Assembly: GCA_008369845.1 (NCBI GenBank)
Contig: MRSU01009682.1
Location: forward strand, 1 to 41,341
Source: Trichomonas gallinae
Taxonomy: Eukaryota
Reading direction: 5' to 3'
Length of the DNA: 41,341 bases
The first letter of the stretch is position 1; each line of letters starts with the position of its first letter. A model generated the notes under the pieces. That model saw nothing but the letters and a program-made list of their open reading frames with translations, was not told where the DNA came from and did not search any database. Shown one piece after another: positions 10,925-20,900 of this stretch. The position numbers and the translations under genes are program-made.

Positions 10925-13468
10925 TTAAGCAACTGATTCGAATTTGTTGTTCTTCTTATCTGTTTCAAACTTCTTCTGCAATTCATTCAAAAGCTTAATT
11001 GCTGATGATCTTCCTAAGTCATCCAAGTTTGTTGCTTTAAGGGCCCTGAAGTAATTCAAATACGGTTTGTTAGGATCGAAAACTTGGGCCCTAACAACTG
11101 GTTTCCCGTCATTACTCGCGTCAATGATTTCTAACTCTCTAACTTTTTCTCTTGCCATCTTCATGACTTCTGCAGGGAATCCTGCTCTTTCTGCGGCGTC
11201 AATACCGAATGAGTCGCCAAACGGACCCTTGACGAATGTGAACATCATTCTCAGGCAATCTTCTTCGTCAGCCTGCATGTGATAGTTCTTAATGCATGCA
11301 ATCTCGGACTCCAAGTTGCACAGCTCGTGGAAGTGAGTTGCGAAAAGAGTGAACGCGCCGACATCATTTGCTAGTTTCTTCGAAATCGCCCAAGCCAAGC
11401 CAAATCCATCCGAGCAAGATGTGGATCTGCCGAGTTCATCGATGATAATCAGCGAATTAGATGATGCTGATTCTAGAATTGAAGCCATCTCTGTCATTTC
11501 GAATGTGAATGTGCTCATCTTCATTGAATCGCTTGCACCGACTCTTGCGTGGATACTTGGGATGATTGGAATCTCAGCTTCTGTGCACGGAACGAATGAT
11601 CCAATGTGCGCCATGTAAACGCAGCAGCCGACAGTCTTCAAAAGTGTGGACTTTCCTGCACTGTTTGGTCCACTGATGATAATGAATGAGCTTTCGCCTT
11701 TCTTCATTGCTATATCGTTTGCAATGAAGCTGACATGTTTCTCGAGGATTGGATGCCTTGCCTGAACTAAGCTAATGTTCTGGGATTGGGAAAGCTTAGG
11801 ACGGCAGTAGTTGTTGGCGGAAGCTGTTTGCGCGAGAGCCCTATATAAATCAATGTTTGCGAATGTTTCTGACAATTTGTCAAAAACTGGAGAAAATTCT
11901 GTCAATGTTTGCAACAATGTCTTCTGTATTTCACGCTGCTTGACAGAATAATCGCCTTCCAGCTCGATAATTTCGTCAGCCATCTTCTTGATAGAAGGTG
12001 TTATGAAGTGGACGCCATCCTTCCTTGTCTCTAATATAGTGACAGATGTGTCCGATCTGATCTTCGCTTCCATGTTCCTTGGGATTCTGAAGTAGAAAGA
12101 CTTCTGGTTCGCTGCTCTCTCGAGTTTCAACTTGTCGTCATCGATGTTGCAGTTCCTAGCAACCTTTTGACGCTTGACTTCCATGTCAGATTTGATTTTG
12201 TCGATTTTTTCAGCTGATTCGGATAATTCTGGGTCGAAGCTTGGCTTGATTCTGTAGATGTGTTCTGGGATTAAGCTGAAATCGATTGTTGCTTCAATCA
12301 ATGTCTTCGCCTTGTTGATGTTTTCAGAGCACTCATTGATTTCATCGACGAACTGATTGAACTCTTTGACTCCTGAATTGATGAAGAAATCAAACTTTTC
12401 GACGACCGACGCGACATCATATAATTTCACGCAATCTTGTAAGTTTGCCTTTCCACGCTTGAATTTGCGCATGAGGCGCTCAATATCAGGCAACTGTTTC
12501 ATAATCTGAGAAGTTTGATTTGTAATTTCACTTTCACGGATGAAAGCTTCGACAATATCGAGTCTCTTGTTAAGCTCATCGATGCTCAACAATGGTTGCA
12601 TCATAACCTGCTGAAGAAGTCTTGAACCCATAGGTGTTGAACATGAATTGAGCAAAGCATAAATTGATGTTGGGAGGCCACTTCTATTGACTTCTTGGTC
12701 TGGGAAGATGTTGAGGGCAGCAGCTGCTGAGTAGTCAACAGTCATGAATTCGGATAATGTAAATTTCTTGATTGTGTATTCAGAAAGATTTGGTTTGATT
12801 GTAGCTACCATAGCCTTGCATGATGGCCTGTTTGGAAGCGGTCCAATATCGTTTGATTTTGATATATCTGTTTTGTAAGATATTCCGAATTTATCGATGA
12901 TGTCGAATACTTTCTTCTTGCAAGGATCAGGAATTCCTGCAATAATGACTTCACTTGGCATTGTTTGAGTCATTAAAGTTTCGAAATGGCAGAAAGAAGG
13001 AGTTTCAAGGAATTCTGTTGTGGCGATTGTATATAATGTTGGATCACAAACACATGCATCCACTGAAATTCCTTCTGGTGCCTCTTTAATATTGACTGAA
13101 AGCAAAGATGTCTGCTGTGTAATGTCAAAATCGGCATTGATTATGTCTATGACTGGCATAACATTGCCTGGAGATGCTTCTGTTGTTTTCTGGTAACCTC
13201 TAGAGTCATATTCCCATACTTCGATTGAAGTGTGGTTATATAACAGCAAATCTCTCAAAAGTGAGCTGTAAAGGTTATCACTGATGGAAACATACTTGTA
13301 TTTTCGGTCGTTAGAGTCTTTTAATGCACCAATCGAATGAATATGTTTTGTTGCAATCATTTCAGCGTCCTGATCTATTGCAAAGATTCCGTTACTCTTC
13401 TTAAAGAAGCGAACGGTCTTCTCTGGCTTCTGGGGCAGCTTGAGAAGTTCACTATAGTCAGTACTCAT
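10925..13468 (-). CDS. MSH2: DNA mismatch repair protein MSH2 (MutS homolog)
   Basis: MSH2-type N-terminus (LPQKPEKTVRFF, ASPGN), TPMGSRLL..QPL, ARHPILE, Walker A GPNSAGKST, STFTFEMTE, IIDELGRSTS, FATHFHEL, SFGIDAAERAGFP. Confidence 0.92.
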   Translation of the reverse strand: MSTDYSELLKLPQKPEKTVRFFKKSNGIFAIDQDAEMIATKHIHSIGALKDSNDRKYKYVSISDNLYSSLLRDLLLYNHTSIEVWEYDSRGYQKTTEASPGNVMPVIDIINADFDITQQTSLLSVNIKEAPEGISVDACVCDPTLYTIATTEFLETPSFCHFETLMTQTMPSEVIIAGIPDPCKKKVFDIIDKFGISYKTDISKSNDIGPLPNRPSCKAMVATIKPNLSEYTIKKFTLSEFMTVDYSAAAALNIFPDQEVNRSGLPTSIYALLNSCSTPMGSRLLQQVMMQPLLSIDELNKRLDIVEAFIRESEITNQTSQIMKQLPDIERLMRKFKRGKANLQDCVKLYDVASVVEKFDFFINSGVKEFNQFVDEINECSENINKAKTLIEATIDFSLIPEHIYRIKPSFDPELSESAEKIDKIKSDMEVKRQKVARNCNIDDDKLKLERAANQKSFYFRIPRNMEAKIRSDTSVTILETRKDGVHFITPSIKKMADEIIELEGDYSVKQREIQKTLLQTLTEFSPVFDKLSETFANIDLYRALAQTASANNYCRPKLSQSQNISLVQARHPILEKHVSFIANDIAMKKGESSFIIISGPNSAGKSTLLKTVGCCVYMAHIGSFVPCTEAEIPIIPSIHARVGASDSMKMSTFTFEMTEMASILESASSNSLIIIDELGRSTSCSDGFGLAWAISKKLANDVGAFTLFATHFHELCNLESEIACIKNYHMQADEEDCLRMMFTFVKGPFGDSFGIDAAERAGFPAEVMKMAREKVRELEIIDASNDGKPVVRAQVFDPNKPYLNYFRALKATNLDDLGRSSAIKLLNELQKKFETDKKNNKFESVA

Positions 13469-14382
13469 TATTCTAAACGTAAAATTTTAAGGGGAAGTTC
13501 CTCCGACGATTATTTTTACATGGCAAATATTATATCTACATGACAATTACCAAGAAAATTAAAATGTGGAAAAAAACAGATATTAAAACCAAAGTAAGTG
13601 TTTCAAAATTATAAAAAATGACTGCAAATAGGTCGTTCAAATTTGTGCTATATGTACGGAAGCTTGCTATCCAGTTCCAATACTATTAAGCAGTTGTCAT
13701 TATATTGTGTCAAAAAGCAACCTTGACAAAATGAAGATGTGGAAAAATATAATTTTACTAGCAAGGAGCTGCTTTTCGAAGCCTGTAATATTTTTATTTA
13801 CTGATGCTTGAAATGCAGCTCCTATTTTGCGCCACATATATTTTACAAACCTTAATTGCATAACAAACGTTGACAATTATTTACATGACATGTGTCAAAA
13901 ATTGGCATTCACAGTATACTGTGACTTTTACATTTTGAATATGCGTTGATATCAAATTTCTCGTATATATAACTGTAAATCACTTTTCAAATTACAGTTT
14001 TTATATTTGTTAGTAGATCTGTTAGAATTAGATCAAAAATGAGTTGAACTGTTTTTTAACTATTTTGATTGCATTCATCTGAACTTTTCAATGGTCATGA
14101 ATGCGTTTACAGCATTCTCTTAACTTAGTATGAACTCTTTTTATGATTTTTTCATGATTTTCGATTTTATGACGCGTAAATAATAAAATTTGAGAATTTT
14201 TGTCGTGTAAAATCAAATATTTTGCTATGAAACACTACATATGATAAAAATTTGGAAATGTAATGAATTGTGTAAATGGTAAGAGTTAAAAACTCGCAAT
14301 AGCTGCGGTATATAATACTTAGTAGGAATAATTCTATCGCACTCTTTTATATAAAAAATATTCAACAAATTATAAAGGAAAA

Positions 14383-14949
14383 TTATATAGCCCAGAATTG
14401 CTGAAATACAGCTTCTAGTTCTGAATCATTCGCTAGGAATATCTGATCAAATATATCAGATGATGGTTTTTCGAAATCTTCTAATATATCAAATTCTTTG
14501 CTCTGTGTTTGCGTCGGAGTTTCAATAACCTCGGATTGCCTTGCAGCTTTAGATTTCGCATGTTTGGCCATTTTATTTCTCTTTGTGAACTCCATTTCTG
14601 GAACGATTTGTTTTCGCTGTAATTTTAATAAACGATTCCTTACAGCATTTGTTGATCTATTTCCGAGATAATCTGCAATAATTTTCCAATGTGGGCCAAC
14701 TTGCAAAAATTTATCAATGAGTCTTTGATCTTCATCTTCAGTCCAATCGTCAAGGTTCAGCTTAGGGTCCAAATAATTGAACCAGCGGTCCCGGCATTGA
14801 CGAGCTGATTTCCCAGGCATCTGAGAAGACTTTGCTTCCCAATGATATGGTCCTGTAACTTCAACCAAAGCTTTTAGCATAGCGTCTTCTTCTGGGGTGA
14901 ATTTTGCTTTTCCTGTAAAGCGTGGTAAGTCAATTGAATAGGAGCTCAT
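14383..14949 (-). CDS. R2R3 Myb transcription factor
   Basis: KFTPEED..W..MPGKSARQCRDRWFNYLDP..WTEDED..GPHWKIIA..RSTNAVRNR. The ORF-track start (14958) is TTG; the first ATG is at 14949. Confidence 0.93.
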   Translation of the reverse strand: MSSYSIDLPRFTGKAKFTPEEDAMLKALVEVTGPYHWEAKSSQMPGKSARQCRDRWFNYLDPKLNLDDWTEDEDQRLIDKFLQVGPHWKIIADYLGNRSTNAVRNRLLKLQRKQIVPEMEFTKRNKMAKHAKSKAARQSEVIETPTQTQSKEFDILEDFEKPSSDIFDQIFLANDSELEAVFQQFWAI

Positions 14950-16050
14950 TGATACCAATATGAAAAAAAAAGTCTAGATATAAAAGCGAATAGAATTTTT
15001 TCTGAGAAGTCTTCAATCAATCATAGTGTTGTTAGTGATATATCACAGAAAACGTGAAAAAGGCCCAACCAACATTTGAAAAAATAACGGATTCGTCTGA
15101 AAAATATCAAAATTGGTTGAGGCATATTTGATGTTTGATAGACAGTGAAGAAAATTTATGCTGGTTGACGGTTATGAACATTTGAGCAAAATCAAGGGAT
15201 ATCAGTTCATATGATATCATATATGCTCGTTTTCATTAAGAATTTAGCTTGAGAACTGTGATTTGCCTACAATTTAAAATTTCAAATAAGTTTGTTTACA
15301 CGCTCAATTTCGATTCAGATGAATAGTATCTATTCATCAAATGGGGTCAAATTAAGCTGTTTAAGTAAATGATCGGAGTCACTTTTCAATTAATTTGTTA
15401 ACTTGAAGATTTTACACAATTCAAAAATGGATTTCTTAATCCACTGGATCTGACATGATGGCTTCCAATATTGCTATATTATAGGATTATCAGTCATTAA
15501 TTTATCCTTATTCAATTGTGCAACCATAAACCTTATTGTGGACATCTTAGAGAATCTTGTTTGTGGAATCAATATAGTTAAGTCAGTTAATAATCATCGT
15601 TTGTCAGACTGCCAATTTTGTCAGTCTGTCTATGACCGTTATGGTCAATATCGATTGAGAGAAGTTTTCAATTTTAAAGGGGTCTAAAGCGGCAAACCTA
15701 AAACTATTGGCTTGTATATTAGGGGTTGTCAGACTATTACTGGGGAATAAGTAAAATGGGTTAAAGGATTTGTAGTGTTTTCCATGCTTTAGATAGTCCC
15801 CCTGTTCAAGTTGTTTTATGTCTGACGCTCAGATGGATAATTTGTCGTTGCAAGGAGAAAAAATGAGCGACTTTTAAGGTTGAAACGGTTTTGAAATTGA
15901 CTTAACAATACATGAAATGTTATGCATGAATTGTTTGTTTATGGTCAAAATTGTGTCATTTTTTGGTTTAATTAATTTTTATGAACATTGAAAAATTATA
16001 AAAGGAATAATATACTAATTCTAAATGTGCAGATAATCTTATTCAATTGT

Positions 16051-16458
16051 TTGAAAAGAGATCAGAATTTACATGACAAAAAAAAAATGAATAAGATTAG
16101 AATCTATAGAATATAAGATAATGAAATTTAATAAAAATAATAAAATCTCAAAAATTGAACAGAGAAATCGAAATTTACATGTCAAAAAAATAATAACATA
16201 ATATATTCTATGTAACTTAATGGAACTATTTGATAAAAATTTAAAATAAGAGTTCAAAGTTTACATGTCAAAAAAAAATAATAATTAAAAATGACGAAAT
16301 ATGGAATTAAACAATATAAATATTAATAAAATTTGAGAAAATTCAAATCTTTACATGGCAAAAAAAGATTCATTTTTGGATATGTAGTTATTTCAAGCAT
16401 AACCAAACGGAGTTATCTAAAAATTTTGAAATGAGAGTTCAAAATTTACATGTCAGAA
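16051..16458 (+). repeat. Degenerate spaced repeat array, 5 units with core TTTACATG(T/A/G)CA
   Basis: Cores start at 16068, 16174, 16260, 16350 and 16445 (spacings 106, 86, 90, 95); each is preceded by a GAG..TC.AA-like segment and followed by an A-rich run. Confidence 0.8.
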
Positions 16459-16595
16459 ACTATGAAGCAAAAAAAGCTCATCAAATAAAGAATAATAATC
16501 AGCATTAATATATTTTTGAGCGACTTTTTCCGCTTATTTTTTGTGAGCAAAACCATTCAATGCCAAACGATCACAAAAATTATTTTATCGCTCTT

Positions 16596-16607
16596 TCACT
16601 TCATTTT
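16596..16607 (+). promoter_or_regulatory. Tandem initiator (Inr) elements TCACT/TCATT
   Basis: TCACTTCATTTT ends 6 nt before the ATG at 16614; matches the trichomonad Inr TCAY(T/A). Confidence 0.7.
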
Positions 16608-16613
16608 TGTTGA

Positions 16614-17687
16614 ATGTCAAGCGAAAAGATTCGCGTTTGCATTGGCGGTGGTGCAGGCTTCATCGGCAGCCATATGGGCAAGTTCCTTCGCGCTAAGGGC
16701 TACTGGGTGAGAGCTGTTGACTGGGCGGAGAACGAATTCTGGAAACCAGAAGAATTCTGCGATGAATTCCTCCAGTTGGACCTTCGCACATACGAGAACT
16801 GCGCTAAGGCATCTGCTGGATGCAAATGGGTCTTCAACTTCGCTTGCGATATGGGCGGTATGGGATTCATCCAATCAAATCACTCAGTTATCATGTACAA
16901 CAACCTCATGATCTCCTCCAACATGCTCGAAGCTGCCCGCAGGAATGGCGTCGAGAGATTCTTCTACTCTTCATCAGCATGTGTTTATCCAGAGTTCAAG
17001 CAGCTCGATGTTGACAATCCAGGACTCCCAGAAGACTGCGTTTGGCCAGCACAGCCACAGGATGGCTATGGACTTGAGAAACTCTGCACAGAAGAGCTCG
17101 CACAACATTATTCCAAAGATTTTCCAACGATGAAGACCAGAATTGCACGCTTCCACAACATCTATGGCCCATGGGGAATCTGGCGTGGTGGCAGAGAGAA
17201 AGCTCCAGCTGCTTTCTGCAGAAAAGCTATCTGCTCAAAGGATAAATTCGACATCTGGGGCGATGGACTTCAGACACGCTCATTCACATACATCGATGAT
17301 TGCTTGGAAGGCGTCTGGAGACTCTTCAACAGCGACTGGGACAAGCCGTTAAATATCGGATCTGAAGAAATGGTTTCCATGAACCAGCTTGCTGAGCTTG
17401 CGCTTTCTTTCGAGGGCAAGAAGATGCCGCTCGTTCACGGACCAGGCCCAGAAGGTGTCAGAGGAAGAAATTCTGATAATCGCCTCATCAGGAAGGTTCT
17501 CGGCTGGGAGCCAAAGATCCCGCTCGCTGAGGGCCTTAGGAAGACATACGACTGGATCAAGACACAAGTCGAGAAGGAGGCAGCTGAAGGCGTCGACGTT
17601 TCTAAATATGCGGAATCCCATGTTGTTCATCTTAAAGAGATCCCACAAATCGGAACAGTCAGGAAGGATCTCAGAGAAATTCAATAA
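16614..17687 (+). CDS. GME: GDP-mannose 3',5'-epimerase (extended SDR family)
   Basis: GGAGFIG NAD motif; DMGGMGFIQSNHSVIMYNN, YSSSACVYP (catalytic Cys), YGLEK, RFHNIYGP, GGREKAPAAFCRKA (catalytic Lys), WGDGLQTRSFT and GPEGVRGRNSDN, all characteristic of plant GME. Confidence 0.92.
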   Translation: MSSEKIRVCIGGGAGFIGSHMGKFLRAKGYWVRAVDWAENEFWKPEEFCDEFLQLDLRTYENCAKASAGCKWVFNFACDMGGMGFIQSNHSVIMYNNLMISSNMLEAARRNGVERFFYSSSACVYPEFKQLDVDNPGLPEDCVWPAQPQDGYGLEKLCTEELAQHYSKDFPTMKTRIARFHNIYGPWGIWRGGREKAPAAFCRKAICSKDKFDIWGDGLQTRSFTYIDDCLEGVWRLFNSDWDKPLNIGSEEMVSMNQLAELALSFEGKKMPLVHGPGPEGVRGRNSDNRLIRKVLGWEPKIPLAEGLRKTYDWIKTQVEKEAAEGVDVSKYAESHVVHLKEIPQIGTVRKDLREIQ

Positions 17688-17985
17688 ATATTAGTAAACT
17701 TTTCACCTTTTCAACGATATTTCAAAATTAAACCTTTCTAGCTAATTTCTATAGTATTAACTACAATACTTCGATCCATTTCTGCTAATTTAATCATAAT
17801 TTATATAAAATAAAGATATTTTCAAGATATCAAATTAATTTCTTTGTTATATTGATTATTCTAAGATATTTTATAGAATATCTACTGATAGTCTCAAGTA
17901 TAATAATTTTGATTGATTTTGTTGATTTTTTGAATAATTAAAGAAATATTTTGTGAATTTAACAATAGAAATAATAATATACACT

Positions 17986-20900
17986 TTATTTTTGGTCCTT
18001 TGGAATAACAAATCTTGGACAAAGGTGGTTGATAGACACGACCCAGAAATCTGCGAATTTTTGCGTTTCTTCTTTGAGTTCTGTAATTGTTGACTCGAAG
18101 GCATTGACTCTTTCTTTCAGCTCTCCCTGGTATTCTTCGAACGCTCTGTTTCTTTCGACGATGACACCTCTGTGCATTGCCGTATCTATAGACGTGATTA
18201 TAGGCATCATTGAGGCCTCCACTGCAACTTTTGGGTCCGACTTCTTCGGCTTCTTCGTCGATTTTCTTCCCGAGCTCCTTGTGCTTTCTTTCTGGTCCTG
18301 GGACTCGTTTTGAATCATAGACGAGATTGGCTCCATTGTCAGCGGCAGCGTCGGCCACTGTCTGACGTGGAAAGGCCTGTCCGGGTCATCAGGCAGCTGC
18401 ATGTTTTTGCGCTCTTTGTCTTTGATCAATGATTTCAATGTTCGACGCTGTTCGTTATCTACTGGTCCAGGAGTTAAATCTTCCAGCAGCGGGAATTTGT
18501 CGAAAAGCGACATCAGTGACTGAGTTATTTGCGGAAGATGAGAAGTAAACATGTTCATTACGTTCTTTTCTGTGTCAATTATGTTGTTTTCGTATCCTAT
18601 AATCAAACTTAATTCGCTCTTTCTTCTTTCATCTTCAGCCGTGTACAAATTCTTTAATATCTGAACATTGTTGCTGTCAGAGAGTTTCGGTGTGAGCATG
18701 TTTTTGTGCTCGTCTCTCTTCTGCCTCAGCTCAGCCATTTTCTTCTGGAAGTTGTCTTTAGATTCGGCGCTCAAAACGTCGAGTTTGTCTATGTAGTATT
18801 TATCGACTGCATCGTAAATCAAAACTGTCGCTTGTCTCGTCAAAGCCAAAGACTGGGAGACTTGTGTTCTATACTTCAAGCCTGAGCTTGCGAAGATCTG
18901 CGGTGTGTTCTCTATCTGCTTCTGCCAGGCTTGCTTGAGAGATTCAATGCATTCAGGCTGATTCGGTTTGATTTCGTTGGTTCTGACAATTGCTGATTTC
19001 GTTGTTTTGAGTTGTGTGAAATAGTCAGTTATTGTCTTCGTTGCTCCTTGAATCAACTGGTTTCCTATCTGATCTATCTGGCCCTGCATTGTTCCCATGG
19101 AATCCTGATCAGAATTTGCCTTTTTGGATGAAATTTTAGGCTTGGAAGTGTTCGGCTTCTTTCCTTGTCTTTTGTTTTTCTTGTCTTTGTCTTTTTCTTC
19201 TTTTTCGTGTTCTGTGTTAGTGACTGTGTTTTCTAAATCGATAGCGAAGCCTATTGGATCGTGAGAAATCTCGCTCTTCATCACCATAAGATATTTTCCG
19301 CGTTTAACTAATGCTATTCTCAGTCTTTCGATTGCTTCGAATTCTGTAATAATCAATTGCTGTGGTTCTTCTTCTGATTTGAGTGCCTCGTTTAGTTGTG
19401 CGATTAACGAGTCAATCTCCTGCTCCTGCTGCCTGTTCCTGAAGCACAGTGTGTCGTATTTCTGTTTAGCGACGTGTTGCTGCGAATTTAATGCTTCTAT
19501 GAATGTTACGTCGATTGTATGTTTAGGAATTAATTGCTGGAACTCTTCTGACAGCTGCTGGTATTTGTTGTCGATTTCATTCGATGCGTTTGTTATCTTT
19601 TCATTGAGTGCATTGTATATATTCGACACCTGTGCGTTCATTTTATCAAAATAAGCCATCGCGTTCGTTCTTTCGTCATTGGAATAAGAATCTTGGTTCA
19701 AAACTGTTTCTATGAATCTGTCGTTGATTTGTTTGAATGAAGACTCCAAGCTCGTCACCAGCTCTTTCTCCTTCTTCTTCTCTTCTTCGTATACTTGAAG
19801 GAAATGGTTTTCGCAGATCTTGAATTCTTGCTCGAGTTCAACAAAATGTTGCACTGAGTGAATTTCTGAGATTTTCACAATAAGGGGCCTCATTTCTTCT
19901 ATTTTAGCAAACATTGACTGCTTGTACTGTTCAATGCTTGGCTCTATTATCTGCAAAGTCTTGTTAAATGTTGCAGCTGAATGATGGAAATGTTTTTCGA
20001 GCAACATTTTTCTCGACTCGATTTGCAAGACTCTAGTTTTCGCTGTGTTCAATTCCAGCTGGCTCAAACGCGGTGCATGTGTTCTCATTCGCTCGTTCAA
20101 CTTGTTCGCTGCCTTGTTTCGCTCAACTTTGTACTGTACCTTGTAAACGATTTCGGTAAAGTAGTCGTTGATAGAACAAATGACCGACTTTCTAAAATCG
20201 TTCACCCAATTCGAAATCTCTGAGTTCTGAGGCGTGTAGACTTCGATGGCGATATGGTCGTCTATCTTAGGTATGGATGTAGTCAGGCTGAACTCTAGCA
20301 TCTCGTATTCTTCGTCAATTGCGCCTTTTTTGCCTTTCGTGTTTTTCGTCGGCGTCTTTGCTGGTTTTTTAGGTTTGGGAGCTGGTGGTTTGCCTTTGCC
20401 TTTTCCTTTCTGGTTCTGCTGGTTATTCTGCTCCTCGGAAGACTCATCGAACTCTGGAATCAATGTAATAGGCTCAATTTCTTCGAATTTGGCGCCGTTT
20501 TGCGACCCGAAGATGAAAATGTTTAACTTCAAGTCTTTCAGTTTTGGTCTTCGCATAATTGCTGACCCTTTTCTCACAGGAGGAATCCTTTGATGCGAGT
20601 TTGCACCCTTGACGATACTCTCTAGTTCTGGTGCTGCTGTAGTCTTCCTAAGCTTCAGCGTGTTGAGTAATTCAGTTTCGCCTTCTTCGAAGAATTTTTT
20701 AACTTTTTCCGGTTGTTCGTCGTAAATTTCAACGATTTTGTCGTAAGAAGTTCTGTATTCCTTCTCTATTGAGTCAAGAAGACCCTTGCAAACGGTAACA
20801 GCTTGATTAATGTCTTTTTCGTTTGCGAGAATTTGAATTTCAGCTTCTTTTTCTGAAAACTGTGTTTCAAGCTTTGTAAGTTCGGCTCTTGACTTTTCTG

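Noticed and set aside
16051..16458. CRISPR array
   Set aside because: Repeats are degenerate, spacers are AT-rich and uneven in length, there are no cas genes, the context is eukaryotic, and the core motif recurs singly across promoters.
19211..19222. Intron branch/3' motif (ACTAACACAG on the minus strand)
   Set aside because: Incomplete match to the trichomonad ACTAACACACAG motif, and it lies in-frame in an uninterrupted ORF.
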